Source: Bacteroidales bacterium (lineage in GTDB: Bacteria; Bacteroidota; Bacteroidia; Bacteroidales; UBA12077). Taken from it: a stretch of 64,000 nucleotides of DNA. Within the stretch, counting starts at the first letter, position 1; each line of letters opens with the position of its first letter. The notes beneath the pieces are model-generated. The model did no database searches, was not told the DNA's origin, and saw nothing but the letters and a program-made list of their open reading frames with translations. Where the stretch lies: positions 11,098-75,097 of the forward strand of contig JAWOEH010000202.1 of NCBI GenBank assembly GCA_046482855.1, written 5' to 3'. The position numbers and the translations under genes were made by a program. Shown in pieces: positions 26,919 through 38,761 of the stretch.

Positions 26919-27707
26919 TTATTTATCGAAAATACTAATGACTTCCCCTTTATGATTAGCAAACTTAATCACTAATTTATCCGGATATGTGAGCGCATAA
27001 TCAATGATTGTATTTCGCACTTCCGTTTCATTATCCCCCTTGTACTGAAAGTAGATGCCTTCAACATACCCATTGTCAGGGGGAGTTACATCCAACTCGC
27101 CATCTTCCAGATCAAAAAAACCATAATATCCATCATTTAGAGCAGGAATTTCTATGGGTAACTGGTTCAGAGAATCCACAAAACTGGTCACCAAGCTTTC
27201 ATTAGCGATATCGGAATAAGCAACAGTCCCCCAATACAACCCCTCAGGAATGCGATTTAAGGTATCGGTAAGTACATCAATTGAGGGATTATTGGTCATA
27301 GTAATCACAAACAAGGAGTCCGATACTTCCAGGGTTCCTTCATTCAATTCATCATCGACTCGCAGTTCCAACTGATAGGTGCCTTCTTCCACCACAAAGA
27401 AATCCTCAGAGTAAGCAGGGCCTTGCGTGCTTACACAACCATTGGGCACCATAATACCGGTATAATCAATGATAATGGTATCCTCTATCATCTGGGTTGT
27501 AGCAGCAAGCTGATAATTAGAGCAACTAAACACCTGTTCGGTTGTAGATAAAAGCATTAATGAATTTGGATCTGCCGAGACATTCTCATACATCTCTAAC
27601 TGCACATCCGATCCCACTACTGCTTTGTCTTTATCGTCATCGTTCAGACAAGAACTGAAAAACGGGATCAATAAGCTTAACAAAAGAATCTTTCGCATAA
27701 TATTCAT
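26919..27707 (-). CDS. Hypothetical lipoprotein
   Basis: MNIMRKILLLSLLIPFFSSC is a lipobox. The ORF opens at a TTG (27746), but the ATG at 27707 gives a canonical signal peptide. No recognisable domain. Confidence 0.6.
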   Translation of the reverse strand: MNIMRKILLLSLLIPFFSSCLNDDDKDKAVVGSDVQLEMYENVSADPNSLMLLSTTEQVFSCSNYQLAATTQMIEDTIIIDYTGIMVPNGCVSTQGPAYSEDFFVVEEGTYQLELRVDDELNEGTLEVSDSLFVITMTNNPSIDVLTDTLNRIPEGLYWGTVAYSDIANESLVTSFVDSLNQLPIEIPALNDGYYGFFDLEDGELDVTPPDNGYVEGIYFQYKGDNETEVRNTIIDYALTYPDKLVIKFANHKGEVISIFDK

Positions 27708-27840
27708 TTTCAATAAAGTAAGTTTTAATTTCTCATCAAATTTCAAACCATAAGCATGAAATTGTTATCTCTTTAAGGATGTTCCCATTACAAAAAGGGT
27801 TGCTTGCTTTGGTGAAATTTGTTTGTGGGGAACTATTTCA

Positions 27841-30800
27841 TTAAGCCTCCAATATCTTATGGGGCTCAAAACCAACAATCAGGATATCATCCACTTGTTC
27901 TTGTTCGCCCTGCCAATCGCGCAAACTTCTTTCCATATACGCTGCTTGCTGAGCCATCGGCAGTTTATGAATGGTAAGCAACAAGTGCCGGAATCGTCGG
28001 TATTTATATTTTTTCCCTTCGGGTCCACCGAACTGATCTGCATACCCGTCAGTGAAAATATAGAATACATCACCTGGTTTAATAGGGATGGTGGTTTTAG
28101 TTACTCTCTTTACCTCCTTCTCATCCATTAATCCTACTGAGAAGCGGTCCCCTTTAATTTCTTCAAGCTTGTTATCGCGGATGTAATACATGGGACGGAA
28201 TGCTCCCGCATAATCAAGTGTTTGCTTCTGTTTGTCAATAACACATAATGCAATGTCCATGCCGTCGCGCAAACGAATATTGCTGTTCTCTTTCCCAAAG
28301 GTTACAGCCACGCCTCGGTTCATTTCATAGAGAATTTTATCGGCTTCATCGATTCCTTGCACATCGGTAATATTTCGCAAAAGTTCAAATCCAATAATGG
28401 ACATAAAAGCACCAGGAACTCCATGTCCTGTACAGTCGACGACGGCAACAAAAGTCTTATCTCCTTGGCGGTTTACCCAGTAAAAATCACCACTTACAAT
28501 ATCTTTCGGTTGGTAGAGGATGAATGATTCGGGCACCACTTTTTTAAACAATTCATGTGAGGGCATCAGTGCCTCCTGGATGCGTTTTGCATAGGTTATA
28601 CTATCAGTAATGCTCTTATTCTTTATGGTTAGCTCCTCCTTCTGCTTGGCAACCTGATGGGCAATAAGTTGTTTTTCGCGAAGCTCGTAATTCATGTGAC
28701 GCAAATTTCGCGTACGCCACTGTACCAATGCATAAATACTTAAAAAGAAAACCAATACATAGAGTATATACGCCACCTTTGTGCGCCAAATAGGCGTTTC
28801 AACTATCAGAGGGAGGGCAGCTCCATCTTCATTCCAAACAAAATCACTGTTGGTACCCTTCACCCGAAAAACATATTGCCCGGGAGGCAAGTTAGAAAAA
28901 GAGGCATAGCGTCGAGTACCAATATCTATCCAATCATTCTCTAACCCTTCAAGCCTATAGGCATACCTGTTTTTTTCGGGTTCCGTAAAATCAAGTGAAG
29001 CAAATTGTATGGTAATAAGATTCGTGCCATAAGGGATATGCAATGTATCAAGCAACTCTCCTCGGAGCTTTTCTCTGTTTTGCATAGATACAAGTTCAAC
29101 CTGCCCGATAACGACTGGGGGAATATAACTATTTTTCGTAATGGAGTCGGGATAAAAAGCATTTAACCCATTAATCCCGCCGAAAAGCAATTCTCCATCA
29201 GAGGCTTTATAGGCAGCACCATGATTAAATTCATAGTCTTGCAAGCCGTCGGAGATATCATAGTCACTAAATTCAAGCGTATTGGTATTTAGACGAGACA
29301 GCCCCCGATTTGTACTTAACCACAACTCCCCGCTCTTACCGGGCAACACGGCATAAATAAGGTTATTCGGCAAGCCATCCTTTTCGGTAAACACTTTTAT
29401 CTCACCTGTTTTAGGATAATACCGATTAAGTCCACTAACAGTTCCAATCCATAAAGTCCCTGTTAACGAATCCTGATAAATCGATAGCACTTCACTGTTA
29501 CTTATACAATTATCGCAACCAGGAAGCGATTCTGATTTTAAATGAAGTTCTGATTCGCCCTGTAAATTAATCAGATTCATACCGTTCTCTGTCCCTACCC
29601 AAACCTTGCCTCCTTCCACATGTGGCTCCAGGCAATAGACCAAATTGGCGGCAATGCTTGCAGAATCCTGGGCATTATGAAAAAAACTGTTAATACTATC
29701 CCCTTGCAATTTGTGCAGGCCATAACGTGTAGCAAACCAAATGCCACCTTGGCTATCTTCAGTTATCCCAAAAACGCGGTTACTTTTAAATAGTTTTGCA
29801 TTTTGATTGCCAACAAGGCGCTTTATATTCCGATAATCATCGGTAAAGTTCACCCCATTCTGCGTACCAATCCAAAGACGTTCATTACTATCCTGGAAAA
29901 GGTAGTGAACAAAATTATTGGATAGCTGACTATTGGTTTCCCTATACCGAGTTACGTCATCCTGCATAGGATTATAAACGTGCAATCCGGCTCCCCAGGT
30001 GCCGGCCCAAATACGTTGATCTTTATCTTTAAAAATGGATCCAATATAATTATTCGAGAATAAAGGATTTCCTTGACTATCGGTATTATAAAGTGTAAAC
30101 TTTCTACGGGCCCGGAAAATTTTAAAAAGCCCTTGCAGGGTACCCACCCACAAATTACCAGCATTATCTTCAGTAAATGAAGTAACCGTTGAGGCTAAAA
30201 TGATGTGCTCATTACCGAAGAATCGGTTCATGGGTAAAAACTGTTCCTTTGCTCTGTCAAATAGAAAAATACCCGCACTCGTACCAATCCAGAACTCCCC
30301 ATTTCGATCTTCAATCATGGCATTGATAATATCGGTTCCGGGTTGCTCAGAAATATAATATCGATCAAAGGCATCGGCACGTCGATTGTATTTATTGAGC
30401 CCTTCACGCGTACCTATCCATAAATTTTTTTGGTTATCCTCATATACAGTGTTTATCCGGTTATTGCTAAGTGATGTCACATCGTCAGGTTGATGCAGAT
30501 AGTGTTTGAATAACTCCAGTGACTTATCAAAAAAGTTCAGCCCATCCTTCGTTCCCACCCAGAGTTTTTCTTCACTGTCCTCAAGAAGAGCAAAATTGGT
30601 AATTTCACTTACAAAATTAAAAATGTCATTATAGTGCTCATAGCATATGAACCGATCATATTCAGGAAGATATTTACATAAAAAATTAAGCGTTTTTACC
30701 CATAAATGCCCCTGTTTATCAATGTAAACATGGTACACTTCATTTTCCGGAAGGGCATCAGGCAACAAAGGGTTGGCCAGGTATTGTTTAAAAATTCCCT

Positions 30801-31158
30801 CCTGATATATGTACTTATTTAAACCATATTTAGTTCCAATCCATAAATCGCCATTGCTATCCTCGCAAATGGAATGAATATAATTATTGGAAATGGAAGA
30901 GGTATCTAACGGTTGGTTTTTGAAGATCTCAAAATCATACCCATCATACATATTTAGTCCATCTTGGGTGCCAATCCACAAGTACCCTCTTGAATCCTGA
31001 AACAGGGAAATCACAGAGGTTTGCGAAAGTCCGTCTTCAATGGAAATATAATCAACTGAATAATTTGAGTTCTGAGCATTGCTTACACTCATAGCTCCCA
31101 GAGCAAATACCAGGATAAGAGTGGTGCGTAAAACAAATATTTTAAGCAATGCCTTCAT
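27841..31158 (-). CDS. Sensor phosphatase: two-component-regulator beta-propeller repeats, Y_Y_Y domain, TM helix, PP2C/SpoIIE phosphatase domain
   Basis: 1105 aa with a signal peptide. It has many repeats of the type D..G.LWIGT..GLN.Y and a TM helix (VAYILYVLVFFLSIYALV). The SpoIIE motifs are SGDFYWV, VVDCTGHGVPGAFMS, TDGYADQFG and DDILIVGF. Confidence 0.8.
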   Translation of the reverse strand: MKALLKIFVLRTTLILVFALGAMSVSNAQNSNYSVDYISIEDGLSQTSVISLFQDSRGYLWIGTQDGLNMYDGYDFEIFKNQPLDTSSISNNYIHSICEDSNGDLWIGTKYGLNKYIYQEGIFKQYLANPLLPDALPENEVYHVYIDKQGHLWVKTLNFLCKYLPEYDRFICYEHYNDIFNFVSEITNFALLEDSEEKLWVGTKDGLNFFDKSLELFKHYLHQPDDVTSLSNNRINTVYEDNQKNLWIGTREGLNKYNRRADAFDRYYISEQPGTDIINAMIEDRNGEFWIGTSAGIFLFDRAKEQFLPMNRFFGNEHIILASTVTSFTEDNAGNLWVGTLQGLFKIFRARRKFTLYNTDSQGNPLFSNNYIGSIFKDKDQRIWAGTWGAGLHVYNPMQDDVTRYRETNSQLSNNFVHYLFQDSNERLWIGTQNGVNFTDDYRNIKRLVGNQNAKLFKSNRVFGITEDSQGGIWFATRYGLHKLQGDSINSFFHNAQDSASIAANLVYCLEPHVEGGKVWVGTENGMNLINLQGESELHLKSESLPGCDNCISNSEVLSIYQDSLTGTLWIGTVSGLNRYYPKTGEIKVFTEKDGLPNNLIYAVLPGKSGELWLSTNRGLSRLNTNTLEFSDYDISDGLQDYEFNHGAAYKASDGELLFGGINGLNAFYPDSITKNSYIPPVVIGQVELVSMQNREKLRGELLDTLHIPYGTNLITIQFASLDFTEPEKNRYAYRLEGLENDWIDIGTRRYASFSNLPPGQYVFRVKGTNSDFVWNEDGAALPLIVETPIWRTKVAYILYVLVFFLSIYALVQWRTRNLRHMNYELREKQLIAHQVAKQKEELTIKNKSITDSITYAKRIQEALMPSHELFKKVVPESFILYQPKDIVSGDFYWVNRQGDKTFVAVVDCTGHGVPGAFMSIIGFELLRNITDVQGIDEADKILYEMNRGVAVTFGKENSNIRLRDGMDIALCVIDKQKQTLDYAGAFRPMYYIRDNKLEEIKGDRFSVGLMDEKEVKRVTKTTIPIKPGDVFYIFTDGYADQFGGPEGKKYKYRRFRHLLLTIHKLPMAQQAAYMERSLRDWQGEQEQVDDILIVGFEPHKILEA

Positions 31159-31213
31159 TGGTTTTCTGCTAATTTAAGACATATTACGGTGATAACAAAC
31201 AGTTGGGCTGGTT

Positions 31214-33115
31214 TCATTCGTTTTCGCGAGAAGGAATGGTGTATGACTGCGTCATCGACAATGTGCTAAACCGCTTCGACGGTGAAGACAGGAAAGGACC
31301 TAATTGCAACTCATCCCATCGCATATCCACTTTTTCAACAATCTCCGGAGCCATTGTAATTACATTTGGCCATTGGCGCTTATAGTTATCGTCCTCACGT
31401 ATTTTCATCGTAGCATCTACCAACATTCGCCAGTTGCCTGCCTGTAGCGTACCATGGAAATAGAGATCACGATGAGGCTCTAGATTGCCTAAAGCAAGCC
31501 AGCCAATCATATCCGTATCATTCGCATCAACTTGTTCATCAACCAGAACAATGGAACCACCCCCTGAGAAACGGCTATCCTTCAACCAATTTTGAATAAA
31601 ACGCTTCTTATCCAGCACCTCTTGACGCAAAGTCCCAACCCATAAGGGACAACTACCAGTGTTTGCAATGGGAATAAATGCCACTAACTCCTCCGGCAGT
31701 TCTCCTTCCCATTGCAAGGGCATAGCAGGTTGCGCTGTTCCTTCACCTTCTTCGGGAAGTGGAGCGGTTGCATCCAAGCCTACTTTGCTGCCAAAAGAAA
31801 AAGTGGGCGAGGCATGATCCAGAATGTCCATTGGCCCCTTGGATGTATGCATATCGGTCTCCGGATTTACAAAATGGGTAATTGCATTAAAAACTTGCTT
31901 ATAATCCGTTAGCTCCACAGAGGCATCCAACACTACCAATACTTTACTAAACATCATCTGACCTGCACCCCACAAGGCATTCATTATTTTCACCGCTTGT
32001 CCCGGATAGGTTTTGCGGATCTTTACTAACACCAAATTATGAGCCACCCCTTGAACGGGAAGGTGTAAATCTACAATTTCGGGCCCTATGGCAAATTGAA
32101 TGGGCTTAAGAAACAACTGTTCGGTAGCTTTACCCAAATAAGCATCCTCCATAGGTGGAATGCCCACGATTGTGGCAGGGTATATTGCATTTTTCTTGTG
32201 GGTAATAGCGGTTACATGGAACTTTGGGTACCAATCGGGGAGCGAGTAGAAGCCGGTATGATCGCCAAAAGGGCCCTCCCATACAGGATCTTCTTGAGGA
32301 TCGATATACCCTTCAATAACAATATCGGCATCGGCGGGTACTTCAATATCTTGTGTGCGTGCTTTAATCAGTTCCACAGGTGCTTGTCGCAAAAATCCGG
32401 CAAGCATAAATTCATCCATATTATCGGGCAACGGAGCGGTAGCACAATAGGTATAAACCGGGTCTCCTCCCAGAACAACCGCCACAGGCATACGTTTTCC
32501 CAGCTCTTTGTATTCCCGATAATGTCGGGCAGCTACTTTATGCCGATGCCAATGCATGCCGGTCATCTGATCAGTAAATTGTTGCATGCGGTACATACCT
32601 ACATTCCGAATTCCTGTATGCGGATCTTTCGTAATAACAACGGGAAGGGTAATGAACTTTCCCCCATCATGTGGCCAACATGTTAAAATGGGTAACTCCG
32701 ATAAATTCGGCACCTCCATAACAACCTGTTGGCAAAGTGCTTTCCCTTTCTTTGTTTTCGGCAAGATCCCCGCCATTTTTTTCAGTTGCCAAGCCATTTT
32801 TATTTTATCGAAAAAACCAACAGGAGGCGTGGTAAACATATCGAGATAGCTATTCAAACGCTGCTGTAAGCCCTCCCACGAGTCAACACCAAGGACTTGT
32901 TGCATACGTTTATCGGACCCCATTACGTTCATCAGTACAGGAAAAGCCGTGCCTGAATCTTCAAAAAGTACAGCTTTCCCTCCATCAGGCTGTTTTGAGA
33001 ACCGATCCACTATCTCGGTCATCTCTAAATGGGGCGATACCTTCCCTTTTACCCGTATCAGCTCTCCGCTGTATTCCAATTTTGTAATAAAATGTTCTAA
33101 GCTTCTATCGATCAT
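31214..33115 (-). CDS. UbiD-family decarboxylase (menaquinone-biosynthesis decarboxylase-like) with a long C-terminal extension
   Basis: The core UbiD motifs are present (NVGMYRMQ, GGDP, EGPFGDHTGFY). I take the start at Met50 of the tracked ORF (ATG 33115), because the longer ORF runs through the eno terminator and overlaps eno. Confidence 0.8.
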   Translation of the reverse strand: MIDRSLEHFITKLEYSGELIRVKGKVSPHLEMTEIVDRFSKQPDGGKAVLFEDSGTAFPVLMNVMGSDKRMQQVLGVDSWEGLQQRLNSYLDMFTTPPVGFFDKIKMAWQLKKMAGILPKTKKGKALCQQVVMEVPNLSELPILTCWPHDGGKFITLPVVITKDPHTGIRNVGMYRMQQFTDQMTGMHWHRHKVAARHYREYKELGKRMPVAVVLGGDPVYTYCATAPLPDNMDEFMLAGFLRQAPVELIKARTQDIEVPADADIVIEGYIDPQEDPVWEGPFGDHTGFYSLPDWYPKFHVTAITHKKNAIYPATIVGIPPMEDAYLGKATEQLFLKPIQFAIGPEIVDLHLPVQGVAHNLVLVKIRKTYPGQAVKIMNALWGAGQMMFSKVLVVLDASVELTDYKQVFNAITHFVNPETDMHTSKGPMDILDHASPTFSFGSKVGLDATAPLPEEGEGTAQPAMPLQWEGELPEELVAFIPIANTGSCPLWVGTLRQEVLDKKRFIQNWLKDSRFSGGGSIVLVDEQVDANDTDMIGWLALGNLEPHRDLYFHGTLQAGNWRMLVDATMKIREDDNYKRQWPNVITMAPEIVEKVDMRWDELQLGPFLSSPSKRFSTLSMTQSYTIPSRENE

Positions 33116-33129
33116 ACGCACTTCCGTTA

Positions 33130-33158
33130 AACAAAAACAGGGGCCAATTGGCCCCTGT
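33130..33158 (-). terminator. Rho-independent terminator after eno
   Basis: An 8-bp GC stem caggggcc-aatt-ggcccctg. On the minus strand it is followed by TTTTTGTTT. Confidence 0.75.
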
Positions 33159-33176
33159 GAATATAAGGTATATTTT

Positions 33177-34520
<1,344 letters not shown>

Positions 34521-34542
34521 CTATTATACTGCCAGTTTAGGC

Positions 34543-34578
34543 AAAAAAAAAGGATACCTGATGGGGTATCCTTTTTTG
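34543..34578 (-). terminator. Rho-independent terminator ending the ribosomal supercluster
   Basis: The stem is aggatacc/ggtatcct. On the minus strand it is followed by a run of 9 T. Confidence 0.75.
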
Positions 34579-34595
34579 GTATATGCCGTTGACAT

Positions 34596-35138
34596 TTACT
34601 CGTCTTTGGTCTCTTTTTCATCGGCCTGAGAAGCATCCGATTCCTTTGTGGGTTCCTCCTTAGGTTCCACGGGTTGTTCGGCAGTTGCCTGTGCTGTCTC
34701 CTCAGTTTTTTTGGCCCCTCCGCCTCCTCTGCGTCGTCGACGTTTGGAAGTGCTGGCCGTTTTGGTGGTTGTATAAGTTTCGTTAAAGTCAACCAATTCA
34801 ATAAAACACATATCAGCATTATCGCCAATTCGTGTTCCGGTTTTCAATATACGTGTATAACCACCAGCACGTTGTGCTATTTTGGGGCTCACTTCACGAA
34901 ATAATTCCGATACGGCAGTCTTGTCCTTCAGGTAGGCAAATACCACACGACGAGAATGCGTAGTGTCGTTTTTAGATTTCGTGATCAATGGCTCCACATA
35001 CTTACGAAGCGCTTTTGCTTTAGCAGTTGTAGTGTGAATACGCTTATGTAAGATTAACGACGAAGCCATATTGGCAAGCATCGCTTTACGATGTGCCCTG
35101 GTTCGGCTTAAGTGATTGAATGATTTTCTATGTCTCAT
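34596..35138 (-). CDS. rplQ: 50S ribosomal protein L17 with a ~55-aa low-complexity C-terminal tail
   Basis: [21 protein letters not shown] is a conserved L17 N-terminus. It is the last gene after rpoA. Confidence 0.95.
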   Translation of the reverse strand: MRHRKSFNHLSRTRAHRKAMLANMASSLILHKRIHTTTAKAKALRKYVEPLITKSKNDTTHSRRVVFAYLKDKTAVSELFREVSPKIAQRAGGYTRILKTGTRIGDNADMCFIELVDFNETYTTTKTASTSKRRRRRGGGGAKKTEETAQATAEQPVEPKEEPTKESDASQADEKETKDE

Positions 35139-35143
35139 CCTTG

Positions 35144-36136
35144 TTAGTCTTTGTCTAATTTATACTTTGAAACATCCATGCCAAAATTCAAACTCATTTG
35201 GCTAAGCAGATCGTCCAGCTCCGTGAGCGATTTTTTTCCGAAGTTTCGGAATTTCAGGAGATCGTTTTTGTTGTATTTCACCAGGTCTCCAAGGGTTTCA
35301 ACTTCGGCAGCTTTTAAGCAGTTAAGCGCACGTACGGAAAGATCCATGTCAACCAATTTGGTTTTAAGCAACTGACGCATGTGCAGCACTTCTTCATCAA
35401 ACTCTTCCGTGCCGTACTTATCATCATCCTCAAGGGTAATCTTCTCGTCGGAGAAGAGCATCAAGTGATAGATAAGGATTTTTGCTGCCTCTTTCAGTGC
35501 TTCTTTTGGGTGTATGGAGCCATCTGTTTCAATCTCAAAAATCAATTTTTCGTAATCGGTTTTCTGCTCCACGCGAAAATTCTCGATGGCGTACTTCACA
35601 TTACGAATAGGAGTAAATATTGAGTCGATAGCAATAACGCCCAGTTCATCATCAGCAGATTGGTTTTCTTCAGAGGGCACATACCCACGTCCTTTTTCGA
35701 TATAAAAATCTATCTGGATCTTTACGTCTTTCTCCATTTGACAGATAACGTGCTCAGGATTCAGGACCTTAAAGTTGCTGAGGAAATTATCCATATCGCC
35801 AGCCTTAAAGGCTTCTTGTCCGGAAATAGTTACCGAAATTTTTTCGTTTTCTGCCTCCTCAACCAGCTGTTTGAAACATACCTGCTTCAGATTTAGGACG
35901 ATCTCGCTAACATCTTCAATAACTCCTGGTAGCGTGGAAAACTCGTGATCGGCTCCCTCGATTTTAATTTTGGTTATGGCATACCCTTCGAGGGAGGACA
36001 GGAGAATCCTGCGTAACGAGTTTCCTACAGTGATACCATAGCCTGGCTCGAGCGGACGAAATTCGAATTTACCGAATTGGTCGTCGGCTTCAACCATTAT
36101 TACTTTATCGGGCTTTTGAAATGCTAGTATTGCCAT
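35144..36136 (-). CDS. rpoA: DNA-directed RNA polymerase alpha subunit
   Basis: 330 aa with a conserved N-terminal domain and a C-terminal domain ([20 protein letters not shown]). Confidence 0.97.
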   Translation of the reverse strand: MAILAFQKPDKVIMVEADDQFGKFEFRPLEPGYGITVGNSLRRILLSSLEGYAITKIKIEGADHEFSTLPGVIEDVSEIVLNLKQVCFKQLVEEAENEKISVTISGQEAFKAGDMDNFLSNFKVLNPEHVICQMEKDVKIQIDFYIEKGRGYVPSEENQSADDELGVIAIDSIFTPIRNVKYAIENFRVEQKTDYEKLIFEIETDGSIHPKEALKEAAKILIYHLMLFSDEKITLEDDDKYGTEEFDEEVLHMRQLLKTKLVDMDLSVRALNCLKAAEVETLGDLVKYNKNDLLKFRNFGKKSLTELDDLLSQMSLNFGMDVSKYKLDKD

Positions 36137-36155
36137 AAAAATAAAGCGATTATTA

Positions 36156-36764
36156 TTATTTAGAATATAATTCTACGATGAGTTGTTCCTTGATATTCTC
36201 TGGAATATCGCTTCGTTCTGGCAAGTTCAAGAACTTTCCAGTCATCTCTGCTTCATCCCATTCTAACCAGGAAAATTTGGTATGACGGCCAGAAGCAAGG
36301 CTTTCGGTAATCACTACCATCGATTTGCTACGTTCACGTACGGCGATAATATCCCCGGGTTTAACATGGTAGGAAGGGAAGTTCATCACTTTCCCATTCA
36401 CCAGGATATGACGGTGGGTTACCAACTGACGTGCTGCGCGGCGAGTGGAGCCAATACCCAGGCGGAATACCACATTATCCAGGCGGGCTTCCAACATTTG
36501 TAAAAGGTTTTCACCGGTAATTCCCTTGCGACGTGAAGCTTCAGCAAACAAGTTGTAGAATTGCTTCTCCAGAACGCCATAGGTGTATTTTGCTTTTTGT
36601 TTTTCCAGAAGCTGAGTGCCGTATTCCGACATCTTGCGACGACGTTTGTTGTTCCCGTGCTGCCCGGGAGCATACTGGCGCCGCTCATAGTGCTTATCTG
36701 GTCCGAAAACTGGTTCCCCTAATTTTCGGGCGATTTTCGATTTTGGTCCTCTATATCGTGCCAT
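36156..36764 (-). CDS. rpsD: 30S ribosomal protein S4
   Basis: [18 protein letters not shown]..., 202 aa, in the alpha-operon position. Confidence 0.97.
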   Translation of the reverse strand: MARYRGPKSKIARKLGEPVFGPDKHYERRQYAPGQHGNNKRRRKMSEYGTQLLEKQKAKYTYGVLEKQFYNLFAEASRRKGITGENLLQMLEARLDNVVFRLGIGSTRRAARQLVTHRHILVNGKVMNFPSYHVKPGDIIAVRERSKSMVVITESLASGRHTKFSWLEWDEAEMTGKFLNLPERSDIPENIKEQLIVELYSK

Positions 36765-36801
36765 TCGTTTTCTTCATTAAAAATTTTACCTCTACAAAAA
36801 A

Positions 36802-37191
36802 TTATACTCTTCTGCGTTTTGCAGGACGACATCCATTGTGTGGCAATGGAGTTACGTCAACGATTTCAGTTACTTCAATACCCATGTTATGAACGGTACG
36901 CATAGCCGACTCACGACCAGACCCAGGTCCTTTTACATAAGCTTTTACTTTCCGTAATCCTAAATCGTAGGCTACTTTAGCACAATCTTCAGCGGCCATT
37001 TGCGCGGCATAAGGTGTATTTTTCTTTGATCCACGGAAGCCTTTCTTCCCTGCAGAGGCCCAAGAAATTACCTGACCACTATTATTGGTCATGGAGATAA
37101 TGATATTATTGAATGAAGCGTGGACATGCAGTTGACCAACGGCTTCAACCTTAACGGTCCTCTTTTTTGATGATCCTGATTTTTTAGCCAT
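36802..37191 (-). CDS. rpsK: 30S ribosomal protein S11
   Basis: 129 aa. It has [17 protein letters not shown] and ends [13 protein letters not shown]. Confidence 0.97.
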   Translation of the reverse strand: MAKKSGSSKKRTVKVEAVGQLHVHASFNNIIISMTNNSGQVISWASAGKKGFRGSKKNTPYAAQMAAEDCAKVAYDLGLRKVKAYVKGPGSGRESAMRTVHNMGIEVTEIVDVTPLPHNGCRPAKRRRV

Positions 37192-37201
37192 ATTCCGTCA
37201 A

Positions 37202-37570
37202 TTATTTCTTTTTATTTGCTATGGTTTTTCTCTTACCCTTACGTGTACGGGCGTTGTTTTTAGTGGATTGCCCCCGAACGGGTAAGCCAATACGATGACG
37301 GATACCCCGATAACAACCAATGTCCATCAATCGTTTGATGTTCATTTGCATTTCGGAGCGTAAGGCGCCTTCAACTTTAAACTTTTCGTTGATGACTCCA
37401 CGCAAACTTGCAATCTCATCGTCGTTCCAATCCTTAACTTTTGTATTAGGATCAATTCCAGCCTCTTTTAATATTTTTTGGGCAGTGCTTCGACCCACAC
37501 CGTAGATGTAAGTCAAGCCTACAACGCCACGTTTATTTTTGGGTAAGTCTACTCCTACAATTCTAGCCAT
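37202..37570 (-). CDS. rpsM: 30S ribosomal protein S13
   Basis: [14 protein letters not shown]..., 122 aa. Confidence 0.97.
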   Translation of the reverse strand: MARIVGVDLPKNKRGVVGLTYIYGVGRSTAQKILKEAGIDPNTKVKDWNDDEIASLRGVINEKFKVEGALRSEMQMNIKRLMDIGCYRGIRHRIGLPVRGQSTKNNARTRKGKRKTIANKKK

Positions 37571-37605
37571 AAATCTTATTTATTAGAAACCACAAAGTTA
37601 ATAAT

Positions 37606-37722
37606 TTATCCCTGACGTTGTTTAAATTTGGGATTCTTTTTGTTAATTACGTACAGCCTTCCTTTTCGACGTACGATTTTGCAATCACTGCTGCGCTTCT
37701 TAACTGATGCTCTAACTTTCAT
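37606..37722 (-). CDS. rpmJ: 50S ribosomal protein L36 (non-zinc, C-minus form)
   Basis: Hand translation gives [38 protein letters not shown] (38 aa) between infA and rpsM. It is missing from the ORF track because of its size. Confidence 0.92.
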   Translation of the reverse strand: MKVRASVKKRSSDCKIVRRKGRLYVINKKNPKFKQRQG

Positions 37723-37736
37723 TGTTTCGTTTTTTA

Positions 37737-37955
37737 CTATTTGTAACGATACGTAATTCTACCTTTCGACAGATCATAAGGGGACATTTCAACTTTTACC
37801 CGGTCGCCTGGCAAAATTTTAATATAATGCATACGCATTTTACCAGATATGTGGGCAGTAATCACATGTCCATTTTCCAATTCTACACGAAACATCGCAT
37901 TGGATAATGCCTCTATGATAGTTCCGTCTTGTTCTATTGAAGGTTGTTTAGCCAT
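37737..37955 (-). CDS. infA: Translation initiation factor IF-1
   Basis: 72 aa. [30 protein letters not shown]... is an S1-like fold sequence. Confidence 0.97.
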   Translation of the reverse strand: MAKQPSIEQDGTIIEALSNAMFRVELENGHVITAHISGKMRMHYIKILPGDRVKVEMSPYDLSKGRITYRYK

Positions 37956-37958
37956 AAA

Positions 37959-38738
37959 CTATAACCCTGTTTTTACGTGTTGCTCAATAAATTTAAACGT
38001 TGATAAAATATCGGCCTCCTGTTTTTTAATAGCGAGTGCCAATTCAAAATGCGCTGAAGGCTTGCGATCAATAGTTCGGATGGTCCAACCATCACGGTCT
38101 TGCACAATTTCCCGTCGGCCCAGGTTGATCATGGGTTCGATACAAATAACCATGCCTTCCTTGAGTTTGGGGCCGCGCCCTTGTTTTCCATAATTTGGAA
38201 CTTCAGGCGCCTCGTGCATATTGCTTCCTAATCCGTGTCCGACCATTTCTCGTACCACCGAAAACCCTGCTTGTTCAGCATGCCGTTGTACAGCAGCGCT
38301 TATATCGCCTACTCTCTTTCCGGCTACAGCTTGTTCAATTCCCTTGAACAAGGATTCTTTTGTTACTTTTAACAAGCGTTGTACCTCTTGGCTAACTTCG
38401 CCTACCATAAAGGTATAAGCACTGTCGCCATAGAATCCTTCCATTTTGGTGCCGCAATCAACCGATATGATATCGCCATCTTGCAGTTCCTTATTCGAAG
38501 GTATTCCATGTACCACTTCCTCGTTTACCGAGGTACAAAGGGTGTTAGGGAATCCTGCATAACCAAGAAACCCGGGCTCGGCACCATGATCGCGGATATA
38601 AGTCTCTGCAATCTTATCCAATTGGAGCGTCGTGACTCCGGGTTTGATGTGCTTTGCAAGCTCACCTAATGTTTTCGATACCAGTAGATTGTTTTTCCGA
38701 AGAATTTCGATCTCCTGGTCAGTTTTAAGCTTCAGCAT
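37959..38738 (-). CDS. map: Type I methionine aminopeptidase
   Basis: 259 aa. It has metal-ligand motifs (VVHGIP, DGDIISVDCG, GHGLG, ICIEPM). Confidence 0.95.
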   Translation of the reverse strand: MLKLKTDQEIEILRKNNLLVSKTLGELAKHIKPGVTTLQLDKIAETYIRDHGAEPGFLGYAGFPNTLCTSVNEEVVHGIPSNKELQDGDIISVDCGTKMEGFYGDSAYTFMVGEVSQEVQRLLKVTKESLFKGIEQAVAGKRVGDISAAVQRHAEQAGFSVVREMVGHGLGSNMHEAPEVPNYGKQGRGPKLKEGMVICIEPMINLGRREIVQDRDGWTIRTIDRKPSAHFELALAIKKQEADILSTFKFIEQHVKTGL

Positions 38739-38761
38739 ATATCAGAACGTTTCTACATTTT

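Noticed and set aside
26769-26975. 68-aa plus-strand ORF in the SMR/lipoprotein intergenic region
   Set aside because: It spans a terminator hairpin and overlaps the 3' end of the lipoprotein gene. It has no motif and an implausible composition.
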